A stretch of 48,822 bases of DNA, taken from UHGV virus genome UHGV-0098481; one strand, 5' to 3'. The notes below the pieces were generated by a model that ran no database searches, had not been told where the DNA came from, and saw only the letters and a program-made list of their open reading frames with translations. The position numbers were made by a program, and so were the translations under genes. Source of the DNA: a virus. The number at the start of each line of letters is the position of its first letter. Positions within the stretch are counted from its first letter, which is position 1. This document shows positions 9,145 to 20,659 of this stretch, one piece after another.

Positions 9145-11850
9145 CTACATTGCCATTAATATAAACATAGCCAATTCGTCATAACGAATTCCGTAGCGTC
9201 CTCCTGCTTTTTTTACAAGAATCATATCTCCTGTTTTATATTGAGAATAAATTTTCTCACCTGTATCAGGATCTGTGCTCTCTTCAGTTATCACCTCTTC
9301 ATCCCATACGTCAGGCCATTCATCGTAACACCAAAAAGCATATTTCTCAGGGTTTAAACCATGCTTTCTAAGAATATCCCCTACGGTTTGAGCGCCAACG
9401 CCAAAATGATACCTGGACGACTCAATTCCTTTGTGATTAATTGAGTCATTAAATTTAAATTTATAGATGACTGACTTTATTTCAATAGCGGCATCACGCT
9501 CTGCATTAAGAATATCATATCTTGTTTTAAGAGTTTCATCTGATGTATTGATTGACCCGGTTCCTGCATAAATAACAGAGCATCTGTTTGATGGCTGTCC
9601 AATAGCTTTAACATTATCATCAACAGGAGCTATTTTATTAGCATCTGCCAACCACCAGTCTGTTCCATCAGCGTGACCGATTCTTACTCTTATCCCACTT
9701 CTAATATTTAAACTTCCAGTATTACTCTGTAAATTACAATCTCCTGACGTTGGTCCAAGCAGTACAGTTTTACCAACACCACATACTACTCTGGCATTTC
9801 CTTTTTGTGATACGAGTCTTGACTCACCTCCTGACTGCTCAGGAAGAGATTTATGGTCTATAAATGCATCGCGGGGGTTAAATACACCGTCTCCAGAATT
9901 ATATCTTCCTCCTGTATAGTTGTTAAATACAGGACCCCAGTCAACGCCATTGCCTTCAGAGCACCCGACCATTCTAAGCACTCGAGTATTCCCTGCTGCA
10001 TATGGTAATGAGCTTGTTGATTGCCGGGAAGCTATCATACGTGCTCCATAACCAATAGCATTACCACCATTTATAGTTACATATGCTTGCTGGCTTTCGA
10101 AATATGTACTGTAAAAGTTCATATTTCCACAGTCATGTAGATGAATAAGAACATCATCCCATCCCTGAATGGTTCCTGCATGTACCTGTACACCGCGAAC
10201 TGGTTCCCCTGAAACCTCCATACACTCTGATGGTCGGCTGAATGGTTGAGACAGGTATTGCGATGTGGCAAGCAGATGTGTGTGGTGATACAGGCTGGTA
10301 ATGTAGCAATCGAAAAATTGCGTTCCCGCCATACCAAAGTTATCTATGTCATTTCGCCGTATAGTAGAACCTACTGTTGCCTCAGAAGCGTTAGACACTC
10401 CAGTAAATACTAACTTATCACCGGATACGGATAATCCTGAATAAGTGAAATTCCTGCCTCCAGATCTTAAAACCCCGGACGTTTCGAAGGTGTGGCTTGC
10501 TGACCATGGGATTTCGATAGTGCTGGACGTTACCGCTGTAATTCGGAATACATCATGGGCGCGGATCGAAACACCCTTGAATCCCTGGAATCTACAGTGA
10601 TAATAGTTTTCATCCTCGCCCTGAGCAGCCAGCGTGTCAGATACAGGAATGTTCGTTTTTAAAAGTGCCGTCTTGCGCCAGTATCCAACCACCTGCAAAT
10701 TGCGGTATTCATTGCCAAAAGACGCACGTGACCAAATACCTACATCCCACTCATCGCCAAGACCGGTATTTGCAATGTCTTTATAACCATCCAGACCATT
10801 GAAATATGGAACAATACGAAAGTTCTCAAGGCGAACACATCCTGTCTCAGGCATCAATATTGCGGCAGAGAATGGTTTAAGCGTGGCTCTTGTAGTCCCA
10901 TTAGCATCACCGTTAGTAAAATCCAATAAATCATATGATGACGCAGGTGCCGTTGTTGTATACGGGTCTTCGGAAGATGGATTAGAAACCACACCACCAC
11001 TAACATCCATATTAGAAACACAATCTACAGTATATTTTTTATTTCCTACCCCGTACATCAGGAATGTGGTCCCTGTGGTAATATCAGGAGCAAATGTTGC
11101 AGTATATCCTGAGACCCATTTGCCCACACCAAGACAAATTATCCCACCACCAGAAACAGGTGTTAACGTATCCGTTATTACATACGCATTATCAGTACCA
11201 TAAATAACCTTTCCTGTGTTAAGGGCAGCTTGCCACGCGGCCCAGTCTATTGACTGAGATAATGAGTCAACAAAAGGATATAAGGATTTTGCTTCAGAAA
11301 TTGAAGAAAACCACTCAGATAATGGATGATATTTCCCATCCCCAATTGCTCCAAATTGTTTTACATTTAAGAAAAGAGCATTGTTTTCATGCTGAGTTAT
11401 AGTTACAGCCCCGGTAAATGGCTGCCTTACCCCAATTAATGCATCACCTTTTGAATCATCATTAATGTATGCTCCTGATTGAGATAACTGCTCTTTGAAG
11501 TCTGGGCCAAACTGATCTGGATCGTATTTTAATACATTTGGAAAATAGAACTGCTTCGCACCATACGCATCATAAACAGCCATAGAATGGCCTTGCACAG
11601 TTACGAATTTGGCAATCTGTCCGTTATATACCGGATAACCAGCAGCGTTAATGATGATTGGTTGAGAAACAGGAACGTGAGAACCGTCTTCGTTCTCTAC
11701 ATAAACCTGAATCCGGTTTTCTGGATTTACCGGGTCAGCGTCAATTTTACCGATATAAATTTTTCCATTGGCAACCGCTTTAAAAGAACGCGCCATAGTG
11801 AAGAGTTGCGAAGGCATACTCACTACAACATTGGCTGTAATGTCTGTCAT
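9145..11850 (-). CDS. Tailspike protein: P22-like N-terminal head-binding domain, divergent receptor-binding body, C-terminal chaperone-like domain
   Basis: N-terminus [11 protein letters not shown]...[12 protein letters not shown]...VQGHSMA...LKYDPDQ closely matches the P22 gp9 head-binding domain; remainder unlike P22; C-terminal ...[11 protein letters not shown]... resembles auto-cleaving intramolecular chaperone domains. Confidence 0.85.
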   Translation of the reverse strand: MTDITANVVVSMPSQLFTMARSFKAVANGKIYIGKIDADPVNPENRIQVYVENEDGSHVPVSQPIIINAAGYPVYNGQIAKFVTVQGHSMAVYDAYGAKQFYFPNVLKYDPDQFGPDFKEQLSQSGAYINDDSKGDALIGVRQPFTGAVTITQHENNALFLNVKQFGAIGDGKYHPLSEWFSSISEAKSLYPFVDSLSQSIDWAAWQAALNTGKVIYGTDNAYVITDTLTPVSGGGIICLGVGKWVSGYTATFAPDITTGTTFLMYGVGNKKYTVDCVSNMDVSGGVVSNPSSEDPYTTTAPASSYDLLDFTNGDANGTTRATLKPFSAAILMPETGCVRLENFRIVPYFNGLDGYKDIANTGLGDEWDVGIWSRASFGNEYRNLQVVGYWRKTALLKTNIPVSDTLAAQGEDENYYHCRFQGFKGVSIRAHDVFRITAVTSSTIEIPWSASHTFETSGVLRSGGRNFTYSGLSVSGDKLVFTGVSNASEATVGSTIRRNDIDNFGMAGTQFFDCYITSLYHHTHLLATSQYLSQPFSRPSECMEVSGEPVRGVQVHAGTIQGWDDVLIHLHDCGNMNFYSTYFESQQAYVTINGGNAIGYGARMIASRQSTSSLPYAAGNTRVLRMVGCSEGNGVDWGPVFNNYTGGRYNSGDGVFNPRDAFIDHKSLPEQSGGESRLVSQKGNARVVCGVGKTVLLGPTSGDCNLQSNTGSLNIRSGIRVRIGHADGTDWWLADANKIAPVDDNVKAIGQPSNRCSVIYAGTGSINTSDETLKTRYDILNAERDAAIEIKSVIYKFKFNDSINHKGIESSRYHFGVGAQTVGDILRKHGLNPEKYAFWCYDEWPDVWDEEVITEESTDPDTGEKIYSQYKTGDMILVKKAGGRYGIRYDELAMFILMAM

Positions 11851-11918
11851 TTAATTTGCTCCAGATACAAGAAATCGCCGCAGCATTGCCACAGTGATGC
11901 ATTATTAATCAAATAAAG

Positions 11919-11933
11919 AGACCGCTGTGGTCT
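11919..11933. promoter_or_regulatory. Operator-like inverted repeat AGACC-N5-GGTCT between divergent mnt and tailspike starts
   Basis: Dyad in the 146-bp intergenic region; form is similar to the P22 Mnt operator as remembered. Confidence 0.35.
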
Positions 11934-11996
11934 TATTGAGGATGCAACCAGCAGATAATAAGATGCCGATCCACTCACAAAAGCGAGGCATCAAGA

Positions 11997-12248
11997 ATGG
12001 GAAGAGATGACCCGCAATTTAATCTGCGGCTACCTTACGAATTAAAGGAAAAACTAAAACAGCGAGCCAAATCCAATGGCCGCTATCTTAATTCAGAATT
12101 AGTTCAGATAGTGACTGATGCTGTATCAAAGCCATCCAAAATTTCAGGCTATCGAGACGATGCGGAACGCATCGCTGATGAGCAGTCTGAACTTGTTAAG
12201 AAGATGGTGTTTGATACGCTGAAGGATTTGTACAAAAAACCCACCTGA
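11997..12248 (+). CDS. mnt: Mnt repressor (Arc/MetJ-type ribbon-helix-helix)
   Basis: 83 aa, near-identical to P22 Mnt as remembered (…RLPYELKEKLKQRAKSNGR…DAERIADEQSELVKKMVFDTLKDLYKK). Confidence 0.85.
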   Translation: MGRDDPQFNLRLPYELKEKLKQRAKSNGRYLNSELVQIVTDAVSKPSKISGYRDDAERIADEQSELVKKMVFDTLKDLYKKPT

Positions 12249-12262
12249 CGGTGGGTTTTATT
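12240..12262. terminator. Bidirectional rho-independent terminator between convergent mnt and the putative toxin gene
   Basis: cccacc-tgac-ggtggg hairpin flanked by A-run upstream and T-run downstream. Confidence 0.65.
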
Positions 12263-12680
12263 AGTGCTTGTATAGGTTGAACTCTCTATCAAGCCATATA
12301 ACAAAAAATGTCGATCCAAGACGATAACCAACCATGGCTTTCAAATCATCAAATCTAAAAGCCAAGAAATGATCTACGTCTTCCGTTATATGACTGGGGA
12401 TACCTGCTTTAATTGCACCCCTTGCAATCTTCTCAAATCCAAGCTTATGCCTACCTTGCTGCTTAATATCTGCCCATGTTAGTTGACTTAATCTGTATAA
12501 TTTATCAGCTAAGCCAGCTTTCTCATCTTTTTGGCATTTCGTTATGCAGTGAGAGCTTTGGATGTAACAGAATGAAAATTTCGGTTTCTTTTGATCTGAA
12601 TTCCCCCCTGACTGCGGCCCTAACTTTAACTTACCTGTAGATTCAGCAGGGGGGATAATCCTTTTAGATTTTCTTGCCAT
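12261..12680 (-). CDS. Hypothetical protein, candidate toxin partner of the Panacea-domain protein
   Basis: ~139 aa from MARKSKRIIPP...; starts 4 nt after the upstream ORF stop; basic N-terminus; no family assigned. Confidence 0.5.
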   Translation of the reverse strand: MARKSKRIIPPAESTGKLKLGPQSGGNSDQKKPKFSFCYIQSSHCITKCQKDEKAGLADKLYRLSQLTWADIKQQGRHKLGFEKIARGAIKAGIPSHITEDVDHFLAFRFDDLKAMVGYRLGSTFFVIWLDREFNLYKH

Positions 12681-12684
12681 CTCG

Positions 12685-13134
12685 TTAGTTAATCCGAGTT
12701 GCAAAGTACTCTGCCATCTCCTTAGAACTAATTTCAGAACCACCAACACCCTCAATATAGTTTGATCTCCATGGTGACTCTTCGTGTGTCATGTTCCTCA
12801 GTTTCCAGGCAGAAAATTGCCCAAAAACATCCCAGACTTCTTCTAATAGCTCTAACTGTTCTTCGCTGAATTTTTCAGCATCAAAAGACTCTGGAGAAGG
12901 GATAGCACCATTACCATATTGTTTATAACGGTGATAAAGCTCAGGGACAACAGGGCCATGCATCCAAGCTTCCATCTTATTCTGAAAAAGAGGCTCGCCA
13001 AGCAACGCCAATGAAAAACCCTGAGCATAGTAAACAAGCTTTTGTAATTTTAAATTAGAGATTGCGTCACCGCTATCCTCGTCACACCGCGACAGGAAGT
13101 AGTCGGCGACATCAAAACAAGTAAGCATGAACAC
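12685..13134 (-). CDS. DUF4065/Panacea-domain protein (SocA-like antitoxin family)
   Basis: 149 aa; LKLQKLVYYAQGFSLALLGEPLF...EAWMHGPVVPELYHRYKQYG pattern typical of the phage-associated Panacea domain. Confidence 0.7.
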   Translation of the reverse strand: MFMLTCFDVADYFLSRCDEDSGDAISNLKLQKLVYYAQGFSLALLGEPLFQNKMEAWMHGPVVPELYHRYKQYGNGAIPSPESFDAEKFSEEQLELLEEVWDVFGQFSAWKLRNMTHEESPWRSNYIEGVGGSEISSKEMAEYFATRIN

Positions 13135-13502
13135 ACCTCCATCTTGATAGCCACAGCTAAGTATCCAACTATGTCAAATGTCATTTAATACTATAACAAA
13201 GCTATCAGCAATCCTTCTGAGGCTAACTTACAACCACTTTAGCGACATGTTTAAACCATTACGTTTCACATTTACTGCATTTTCGCCGAAGTTACCTATA
13301 AGGTAATGTCACATTTCCTGCAAGTTTCATGCAATGTTGAAAAGTGAGCTATTCACTTTTCTATGACACCAAACACCAAAAATAGCACTTTTTGCTAAAT
13401 CATTCGTCCAAGTTGTGGATGGTTTGTCGTTGACACGTTTTCACACACCACTCCACCAATAAAGTATCATCTGGTATCCTGCTCAAAACTAAGGAGGTTG
13501 GT

Positions 13503-13832
13503 GTGCTTGAATGGTTTCTGTTGGCTGCATTAGTCGTTTCTGGTTTGGTGTATGAGTATCGAATGCACTCTCTAACAAAAAAAATAGGAATTCTAGAAAA
13601 CGAATATTGTGCTCTCAAATCCTCACTGGAACGTGAGCAAGGGGACTTAAAAATCTCTCTGTCTAGCATTGAGCGTTCTATAGAGAGCTTAGAGGATAAG
13701 GTTGATCGTATAAAGAATGAGGATATTCATGATATTAAGGACGACATATCCTTCTTAAAATCTTGGTTGAAAAATGTTGGGAAAATTGCCACATCAACAC
13801 GAGATAAGCTCAATCCATCCATGGATGACTAA
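13503..13832 (+). CDS. Small membrane-anchored coiled-coil protein (moron in the sieA-equivalent slot)
   Basis: GTG start 5 nt after AAGGAGG; N-terminal TM helix (WFLLAALVVSGLVY) then heptad-rich region; convergent with gp16. Confidence 0.6.
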   Translation: MLEWFLLAALVVSGLVYEYRMHSLTKKIGILENEYCALKSSLEREQGDLKISLSSIERSIESLEDKVDRIKNEDIHDIKDDISFLKSWLKNVGKIATSTRDKLNPSMDD

Positions 13833-15968
13833 TTACTCCTGTGCCATTCCGCTTAGTGATGCCACAATTCCAGCCCTTGCTAAACGCTGGAACTCTTCGT
13901 TTCCTAGTGCCTCGCGTATTGCTTTTACGGCGGCCTTATTTGCCATAAATCTGCGTTCCGCCGCCGCTAATGCACCATCACTTGCCCCAACCTTAACGGC
14001 CTTTGTTGCCTCTTGAACAGCCTTTTCAATAGCGTAACGACCACTTCTAGTTGCGGATAATTTCGCTATCGCTCCTTTTGCCATTGCATCAATTGCTCCA
14101 CCTGCAGCGCCACCCGCTATTGCTCCAATAACGCCTCCTCCAGAGAACCCTGCGATAGTGCCAGTAGTTCTAAAAGCGCCAGACAATGCGCTCTCTAAAA
14201 CTGGATGAAGGCCATTCTCAAGAGTGCTAATGGCTGGCATAGATCGCCCTGTCTGTTCAACATATCGAAGTGGCTTTGTTGCTGCTCGTGCAAGTTCTCC
14301 GTATGAACTTGTAATCCTGCCAAGTTCTGGAGAATATCGACTAATTGCCTTCACGTTTTGTGGGGTAAGAATAGTCGCGATATGCTTAATTCCAGCCTCT
14401 TCAGACTTACCTCCGCGTACCCCTTGCGACATTGCATCTTGTAATATTGATGCAATTGCTGGCGCGCGTTCCGACTCAGGTAGGGCGCTTATTATTTTAT
14501 GGAACTGACCTGTTCCACTTTTTGCTGAACCCTGTAACGCCTTAGATCCATTAGTTACCAACTGATCAGTTGCAAGGTCTCTACCAAACGCTGCTTCAGC
14601 CTGTTCTTGTGCTGTAAATCTTGCCTTTGACAGATCATTAGCTTTTTGCCAGTCATCAAGAAAACCACCATTTTGAGCCATTATGCGCATATCTTCCGTT
14701 GCTGCATCACGAAGCTCAGCCATGCGCCTTGCCGTATTTGCCTCACCAGACCTTATATACTTCTGCTCTGCGTCAGCAAGTTTACTTCGCCATGCCTTCA
14801 TGGCATCAAACGTGATTCCTTTTTTACCAGTTTTAGCATAAGCAGATGCGAATTGTTTCATCTCAGGAGTTAGCGGCATGCCAGCCAAAATATCACCCTG
14901 AATTGTAGCGTTCAGGTTTGACATTCTGGCCTTTGCGTCAGGCATCGTGGAGCGAACGCTATCCCATGCGGCCTTTTCTGAATTTTTCATTTTATCAATA
15001 CTTGCCAAAACCCTTTGTTTTATGGCTGCACTTTTTTCTGATGCAGTTCCTGCTTCAGCCCCAAACTCATCCAATGCTGAGTTAAATTTCGACTCTATTT
15101 CACTGAATGCTTTGGTGTGTGCATCCTGTGTAATTCCGGGCTTTGACGCCAGAATCCCCTCCGCCTGAGCAAGACCACGACTACCTGATCTCATGCCAGG
15201 AGTTAATGCGTTGATATCTATTCCAGCAGTATCTGCTGCTTTTGCTATTTCTTCTGACACATTAGCTGACTGTCTGGCGATAATCTCTCTTCCTGTACCA
15301 GACTTTGCCATTTTCGAAACATCAGCAGCGGAATTTATTGCCCCGCCACCAAGAACTTGAGGTGATTTAGAGGTTAAGATCCTTCCAGCCCCAGAAAGTA
15401 TCCCCTGAGCACCAATATTGATACCACCGTTAATGGCAGCATTTTGTGCAAAGTCGCCCTCCTGATTTGCAGCATCAGCAAGAGAACCTGCAATCATGTT
15501 TCCTGCGGAACCGATATCTCCAGCGAGCTTTGCTGGCGCTCCAGCAGCTTTTGCCGCTGTGCCAATTGGCAGGAGATACCCACCAATTGTTTCACCGGCT
15601 TGCGCGTAAGGGTCTGTCGGTCGATCGACAGGACGATAGACATCATCCAATACTTTTGGCCCACCAAGCCCCTGACTGATTGCATTAATCAGACTTGCGC
15701 CACCCTGCAATACGTCAAATGGTATGTTTACCAGACCACGACCAGCCTGTTCTGCAATTTGCCCTGCACTTTGACCACCAGTGAGCCAATCGCCAGCTTG
15801 TTGCATCAATGATGGTTCTTCCCGTGTTGGTGCATTATTGGCCTGATTAACTGTTTGTTGCTGAACAGCCTGACCAGCAAAATACTCATCAATGGCGGTG
15901 CCAATATCTTCGGTGCTCGTACCATCAGGAAAGGTAAATGTCTTACCGTTTGCAGTTACTTTCATCAT
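13833..15968 (-). CDS. Ejection protein gp16-like
   Basis: Position and size in P22-type gene order after gp20; Ala/Gly-rich. Confidence 0.75.
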   Translation of the reverse strand: MMKVTANGKTFTFPDGTSTEDIGTAIDEYFAGQAVQQQTVNQANNAPTREEPSLMQQAGDWLTGGQSAGQIAEQAGRGLVNIPFDVLQGGASLINAISQGLGGPKVLDDVYRPVDRPTDPYAQAGETIGGYLLPIGTAAKAAGAPAKLAGDIGSAGNMIAGSLADAANQEGDFAQNAAINGGINIGAQGILSGAGRILTSKSPQVLGGGAINSAADVSKMAKSGTGREIIARQSANVSEEIAKAADTAGIDINALTPGMRSGSRGLAQAEGILASKPGITQDAHTKAFSEIESKFNSALDEFGAEAGTASEKSAAIKQRVLASIDKMKNSEKAAWDSVRSTMPDAKARMSNLNATIQGDILAGMPLTPEMKQFASAYAKTGKKGITFDAMKAWRSKLADAEQKYIRSGEANTARRMAELRDAATEDMRIMAQNGGFLDDWQKANDLSKARFTAQEQAEAAFGRDLATDQLVTNGSKALQGSAKSGTGQFHKIISALPESERAPAIASILQDAMSQGVRGGKSEEAGIKHIATILTPQNVKAISRYSPELGRITSSYGELARAATKPLRYVEQTGRSMPAISTLENGLHPVLESALSGAFRTTGTIAGFSGGGVIGAIAGGAAGGAIDAMAKGAIAKLSATRSGRYAIEKAVQEATKAVKVGASDGALAAAERRFMANKAAVKAIREALGNEEFQRLARAGIVASLSGMAQE

Positions 15969-17371
15969 TCCACCGTAAATTGAATGCCTGATTTTGAGGT
16001 ATATGATCCAACCTGATTCCGTGGTTCTCCTGAAGGTGTCGAATCTTGTGCTGGCGCTGCGTCAGTATTCATTGACATATACCGCTTAACGGCACTCCCC
16101 AATGATTCACCTTTTTTAACATCCAACCCCAATATCTGACCGCCATTACGCGATTGTCCAGGGTTGCCATTCGCGCTCATCCACTCAGCTTTAAACTCAT
16201 TAAACTGCGCGTTTCGTCGCTCAAGGTTTGCCATTGCATCAAGCCATCTTGCGACCGTCTCAGGGTTATCCATGTCAGTTGGCGCACCCTGTCGAACGAT
16301 CTCAACGTCTTTATCCGTTGCTGGGCCGGGAGGTAGGAATTTAAGAACCTGACTGTTAACAAGGGCATTTTGGCGAATGCGCAAATCACGCAATGTCGTA
16401 TCGCTTCCGGTAAGTTTTGCGAACATGTTCTGTGCGTTACCGAACAAACCGGTCGTTGGTTTTTCTGCTCTGAACTGTTGAGCAAGCGCACTCATGGAAT
16501 TGGCTGAGTTTGATGATGCTGTGGCATTGTTTACAGCCGTCTCGATGCCTTTTTCCATGTTTACTGACAGCTTAGGTGCTTCGCTAATCAACTGCTGAGC
16601 CTTTTCCTGCGCTTGCTGCATCTTAAACCCGAACTCTTGCTGATCCAGAGCCAAGCGTTGTGCTGCGATATTGTGCCCAGTCATTGCTGACTGATAGGAA
16701 AGGTTTTGCCCTCTCGCCTGAAGTGCTTCACCAGCCTGATTGCTGCGGATTGTCTCTACCAGTCTGCCTCGGTCAATCTCACGACCAGCCATCTTGTCCT
16801 GAACATTGAAGTAGTCAATCGGACCGAGAGCAGCCATCCCAAGGTGATCAACAAACTCACCAAATCCTGAAGGGTTCTGCTGATACATCTGAGCAACGCT
16901 GTTAGGGTCAACACCGACGCGAGTCAGTTCCTTGGCGTTGTTTTGCAGCCATGATTGCATTGCTTCTGGAGACGATGACGCAAGGCGTGCGCCAGCCGCT
17001 AAGGTGCCGATAGAATTGCGCTGGTCTTCATCAATGAATCCCATGCCTTTACGAACGGATTCAATCTGGTCTGGATATTGAGTAGCCAGCTGACGCAAAG
17101 CACCGCGATCACCAGACGCATAAGCATTAGCGTATGCCTGCTGAAATTCTTTCTGCCGCTGAGCCTGCTTTTCCTGCTGAAACACCCCCGCAATACCTGA
17201 AAGGCCTTGCAAAGCAGTCAGCCCAACATTGTTAGCGCCTGAACGCTCAATATCATTGTTCTGTCTGATAAGCTGAAGCGTATTGCCGATGTCATTTACG
17301 CTCGGAGCGTTTGAGTTGACACCACCGATACCAGCCAACAATCCGCCATTTGTTCCTTGCCAAGTAGCCAT
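15965..17371 (-). CDS. Ejection protein gp20-like
   Basis: 468 aa, synteny with P22 gene 20. Confidence 0.75.
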   Translation of the reverse strand: MATWQGTNGGLLAGIGGVNSNAPSVNDIGNTLQLIRQNNDIERSGANNVGLTALQGLSGIAGVFQQEKQAQRQKEFQQAYANAYASGDRGALRQLATQYPDQIESVRKGMGFIDEDQRNSIGTLAAGARLASSSPEAMQSWLQNNAKELTRVGVDPNSVAQMYQQNPSGFGEFVDHLGMAALGPIDYFNVQDKMAGREIDRGRLVETIRSNQAGEALQARGQNLSYQSAMTGHNIAAQRLALDQQEFGFKMQQAQEKAQQLISEAPKLSVNMEKGIETAVNNATASSNSANSMSALAQQFRAEKPTTGLFGNAQNMFAKLTGSDTTLRDLRIRQNALVNSQVLKFLPPGPATDKDVEIVRQGAPTDMDNPETVARWLDAMANLERRNAQFNEFKAEWMSANGNPGQSRNGGQILGLDVKKGESLGSAVKRYMSMNTDAAPAQDSTPSGEPRNQVGSYTSKSGIQFTVE

Positions 17372-17380
17372 GATTACCTC

Positions 17381-18073
17381 TTAAAACAACGATCCAAGCA
17401 GGCCAAGTCCGCCGCCAATTGCCGCACCTAATCCAGTGCCAAGTCCGGGAACAATAGAGCCAAGAGCAGCGCCAGTCATAGCCCCTGAAGCTCCGCCGCT
17501 AATTGCTGTCTGAAGACCTGATGGTTTATTGGCATTAGCAGCGGCAAGAGCCGCACTTTGCTGCGAAATCTGACTCATGTTGTTGGCATATGTCTGCCCG
17601 GCGTTTGCCTGACCTTGCAGTGCGCCAAGACCAATATTTGCCAGATTCTGGTAGTTGTTCATCTGACCAGACAGCCACTGCTGACCAAGCGTTGGTGCGA
17701 TTGTTGCTAACTGATTACCGGTTGCAGTGGAACCCAATCCACCTGTTGCTTCCGCTGCAGCCAGACTCTGATAGCGAGCCTGACCAGCAAGATCTTTGTA
17801 CTGCTGAGAGTTGTAATACTGGTTAAGTGCCTGACCTTGCCCCTGAAGAGAGGAAAGATTCTGCAATTGTGATACGTACTGCTGAGCGAGTGGCGTGAAC
17901 GGAGCAAGGTTTTTCATGATCGTCTGCCACTGCTGATTCTGCAGGTCTGCGGCATACTTCTGAGCTTCTGCTGCATACTTTGCGCTTTTATCGGAGCCAC
18001 CTTTCCCGCCTTTTTCAGGGCAATAAGGTTCCTCGCCGCGCAGTTTTCTGCCCAGCTTAAATGCATATAACAT
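17381..18073 (-). CDS. Ejection protein gp7-like
   Basis: 230 aa, Gln/Ala/Gly-rich, synteny with P22 gene 7. Confidence 0.75.
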   Translation of the reverse strand: MLYAFKLGRKLRGEEPYCPEKGGKGGSDKSAKYAAEAQKYAADLQNQQWQTIMKNLAPFTPLAQQYVSQLQNLSSLQGQGQALNQYYNSQQYKDLAGQARYQSLAAAEATGGLGSTATGNQLATIAPTLGQQWLSGQMNNYQNLANIGLGALQGQANAGQTYANNMSQISQQSAALAAANANKPSGLQTAISGGASGAMTGAALGSIVPGLGTGLGAAIGGGLGLLGSLF

Positions 18074-18075
18074 GG

Positions 18076-18531
18076 CTATCTCCCGTGATTCAGGAAGTCG
18101 ATTAGTTCTTCGCGTGTAGCACTGTAAAATGTCACGTCATCCACGCCTTTGAAGTATTTCTTGATGGTTCCTACTCGCTTAAGGCCAATCATTGCGCAGT
18201 ACATCTGACCGTGGCGGAATTTGCGCGCAGCGAACGATGTGACGCACTGAACGGTGGTGTTAGTCAGAATGTACCGCCAGAACGCCATCCCTATTTCCTT
18301 GCTGAAGCCGCGAATCTCTGGCAGGTACATGGCGTGGCAATCGAATGTCAGCGGCTGAATCTCCTGATAGTAAACAATGCCGCCGAACTGCCCGTGCACG
18401 TTCACCTCAAAGTAACGGCATTCAGGCTTGTAGTCGTATCCATCACCGTTGTTGCTCCCGGCGATAATGTCAGGGTGATTTCCTACTGCTTCTATCAGGT
18501 CGATGTTTCGCGTTGGTTTGAATGTAATCAT
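18076..18531 (-). CDS. gp14-like ejection/tail accessory protein
   Basis: 151 aa, synteny between tail needle and gp7. Confidence 0.65.
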   Translation of the reverse strand: MITFKPTRNIDLIEAVGNHPDIIAGSNNGDGYDYKPECRYFEVNVHGQFGGIVYYQEIQPLTFDCHAMYLPEIRGFSKEIGMAFWRYILTNTTVQCVTSFAARKFRHGQMYCAMIGLKRVGTIKKYFKGVDDVTFYSATREELIDFLNHGR

Positions 18532-19232
18532 CAGTCAATCAGCCCATGTAATCTAAGTGCTGTTTCAAGCGCCAGAATACGCTGCCGCGCCTGCTGCAAA
18601 CCTGTAGCGAGAGCCGCGACTTCGGATTGTGTGTACGTAGTGCCGACCGTGTATGACTGGTTAGCGTTGAATGAGCCAAGAAGAGGTGTACCTGTGGCTG
18701 CAGTCCATCCGGTATTTCTTGCTCCAACGACCTGAATTCCATCAACTGAATATGATGTTTTTACATCCAGCGGTGACGCAAGAGACTGCGATTCTGTTAC
18801 GGTTTTCGATACGTAATCACTCTTAATGCCAGAGACATCGTTTTCTACGTCATCCAGTCTTTGGTCAACAGTGACCAGATGCGCCTGAATATCGATAACC
18901 TCATCCAGCAAGTAATCAACATCGCTACGCAGTACGACTATCTTCCCTTCGGCGGTTGTTAACCTGACCTCAAGGAGATTTATCGCTTTTGTGTTTGCGG
19001 TGATTCTTGCATCGTGGTCAGCCAGTTCGACGTCCTGTTCATCGTTTTTTACCTGGGCATCGTAAGCGCCCTGACCAGCCTGATTTGCTTTCCCGGCAAT
19101 TGCACCGACATCAGCTCCCTGATTTATGACATACAGTAGGTAAGACTGGCTGAATATATTGCGTGGAAGGATTGATGTATCGAGTCGTGTAGCCTGAATT
19201 GTTACCGGCTTATTGAGATTCGAATCCGCCAT
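18531..19232 (-). CDS. Tail needle protein gp26-like
   Basis: 233 aa; N- and C-termini match P22 gp26 as remembered. Confidence 0.85.
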   Translation of the reverse strand: MADSNLNKPVTIQATRLDTSILPRNIFSQSYLLYVINQGADVGAIAGKANQAGQGAYDAQVKNDEQDVELADHDARITANTKAINLLEVRLTTAEGKIVVLRSDVDYLLDEVIDIQAHLVTVDQRLDDVENDVSGIKSDYVSKTVTESQSLASPLDVKTSYSVDGIQVVGARNTGWTAATGTPLLGSFNANQSYTVGTTYTQSEVAALATGLQQARQRILALETALRLHGLID

Positions 19233-20650
19233 TACTCAATCCTTATCTGGCAGCCAGACAGAGTGACAGGTGACTTCGTGATAACGCGCAATTTGAAGCC
19301 GACATTTTTCCTGATGCGCCCGACTCGCTTCCACAAAACGCGTTTGTCGTAAACGAATGGTTCATTCTGCTCAATCATCTGCTCACGCCCGTAATTGATG
19401 CCGTCAGTGGTTGCAGAGAGAAAAAGGCGGTCAGCATACTGCGCAACACCAGTTGAAGATTCAACTTCAAGGTCGAAAACTCTGCCGTTATCAGCTTTGA
19501 ACAACGGAGTAAACAGCAGGTGTTCCTGTTGCTTGTCGTACTGGCTGCTGATGTCGAATTGCAATTTCCCGGTCACGGACTCCAGCTTATCGCCGCACGT
19601 TATCTGATTGCCTTCGTAAATGAAGTCGATAGCGCGGTACACATCGTCATACAGGCCTGTTTTCAGCACACACCATTGCGGACCATTGGCGCTTGAAGAT
19701 GCGTCGTATACGAGGACATGGCGCGGAAGATGGATAATCAGCAGCTCATGCGCATCAAATCGCAGAGACTCCATCACGCCATCAGCCAGTTCATCAGCAG
19801 TGTAGGAGCGTAGTATTTTCTCAATGCTCGCGCTGGCGATTGGTGATACCTGACCAGAGCCGATGATATACACAGACGGCGCACCTGTTGCCGGATTGCT
19901 GATGAACGCATAAGAATCAGCGAATGGCGTTTTGCAGTAAGTCCCAGCAATACCTTTCTGCACCATCAGTGATGGCTGTGCAACATACAAAGCGGCACCA
20001 ACGGTGGTTGCGCCAGTAAGGGAGAAATATTCAATAGTCGATGAACCAAAGCAGACGATGAAGTCTCGCCATGTGCCGATGCCGATGATGCCGTCAGGCT
20101 GCGATTCTGCGCGATATTGTGCGCTGTATCGGTCAGGATGTGATTCGTCTTCAAGGTCAGTGATAAACCATGAATCAGTGCCGTCTTTTGACCACGCATA
20201 ACGCCCACGTAAGCGCGTAATGTCGCGTACTGAGCCTAACTCATACTGCGTGAATCCGCTGTCTGTAGGCCAGTTTGAGACGGTTTTAACCGTGCCATCA
20301 TAGCGATACTCGACCAGTTGACCATTAACGCCTACCGCCTGTGATGTCCGACCATGCGCCATTGATACGCGACCACTTCCGGCAACATCACCGACTTCAC
20401 TTTCGCCTTTGTACAGCTTGCCACCACACACGCGATAAACAGCACCCTGCGCCATGTTGTACTCGACGCCGCGAGATACACCGTTCACATCAGAACGTTT
20501 GGCAATGCCCGGGAATGAGCGAAGATATCCGCTGCTGTTCAGGATTTCTTTGGGTGTAGCCAGCATATTCACTGGCAGATAGTCGATATAGTCGGCGTTT
20601 CGAAAGTCTTTGCCGACACCTTTCATAAGCGGAAGTTGCTGAATCGGCAT
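19232..20650 (-). CDS. Tail accessory protein gp10-like
   Basis: 472 aa, same size and position as P22 gp10. Confidence 0.8.
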   Translation of the reverse strand: MPIQQLPLMKGVGKDFRNADYIDYLPVNMLATPKEILNSSGYLRSFPGIAKRSDVNGVSRGVEYNMAQGAVYRVCGGKLYKGESEVGDVAGSGRVSMAHGRTSQAVGVNGQLVEYRYDGTVKTVSNWPTDSGFTQYELGSVRDITRLRGRYAWSKDGTDSWFITDLEDESHPDRYSAQYRAESQPDGIIGIGTWRDFIVCFGSSTIEYFSLTGATTVGAALYVAQPSLMVQKGIAGTYCKTPFADSYAFISNPATGAPSVYIIGSGQVSPIASASIEKILRSYTADELADGVMESLRFDAHELLIIHLPRHVLVYDASSSANGPQWCVLKTGLYDDVYRAIDFIYEGNQITCGDKLESVTGKLQFDISSQYDKQQEHLLFTPLFKADNGRVFDLEVESSTGVAQYADRLFLSATTDGINYGREQMIEQNEPFVYDKRVLWKRVGRIRKNVGFKLRVITKSPVTLSGCQIRIE

Positions 20651-20659
20651 TTATTCACC

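Noticed and set aside
10119-11203. ORFs 10119-10337 (-) and 10799-11203 (+) inside the tailspike gene
   Set aside because: Alternate-frame or antisense ORFs nested in a well-supported 901-aa gene.
11851-11996. P22 arc and ant genes
   Set aside because: The interval between mnt and the tailspike is only 146 bp; no room for arc/ant and no matching ORF.
14224-15812. Several plus-strand ORFs (14224-14508, 14646-14873, 14947-15168, 15444-15812) antisense to gp16
   Set aside because: Nested within a long, GC-rich coding region on the opposite strand; low-complexity translations, no start signals.
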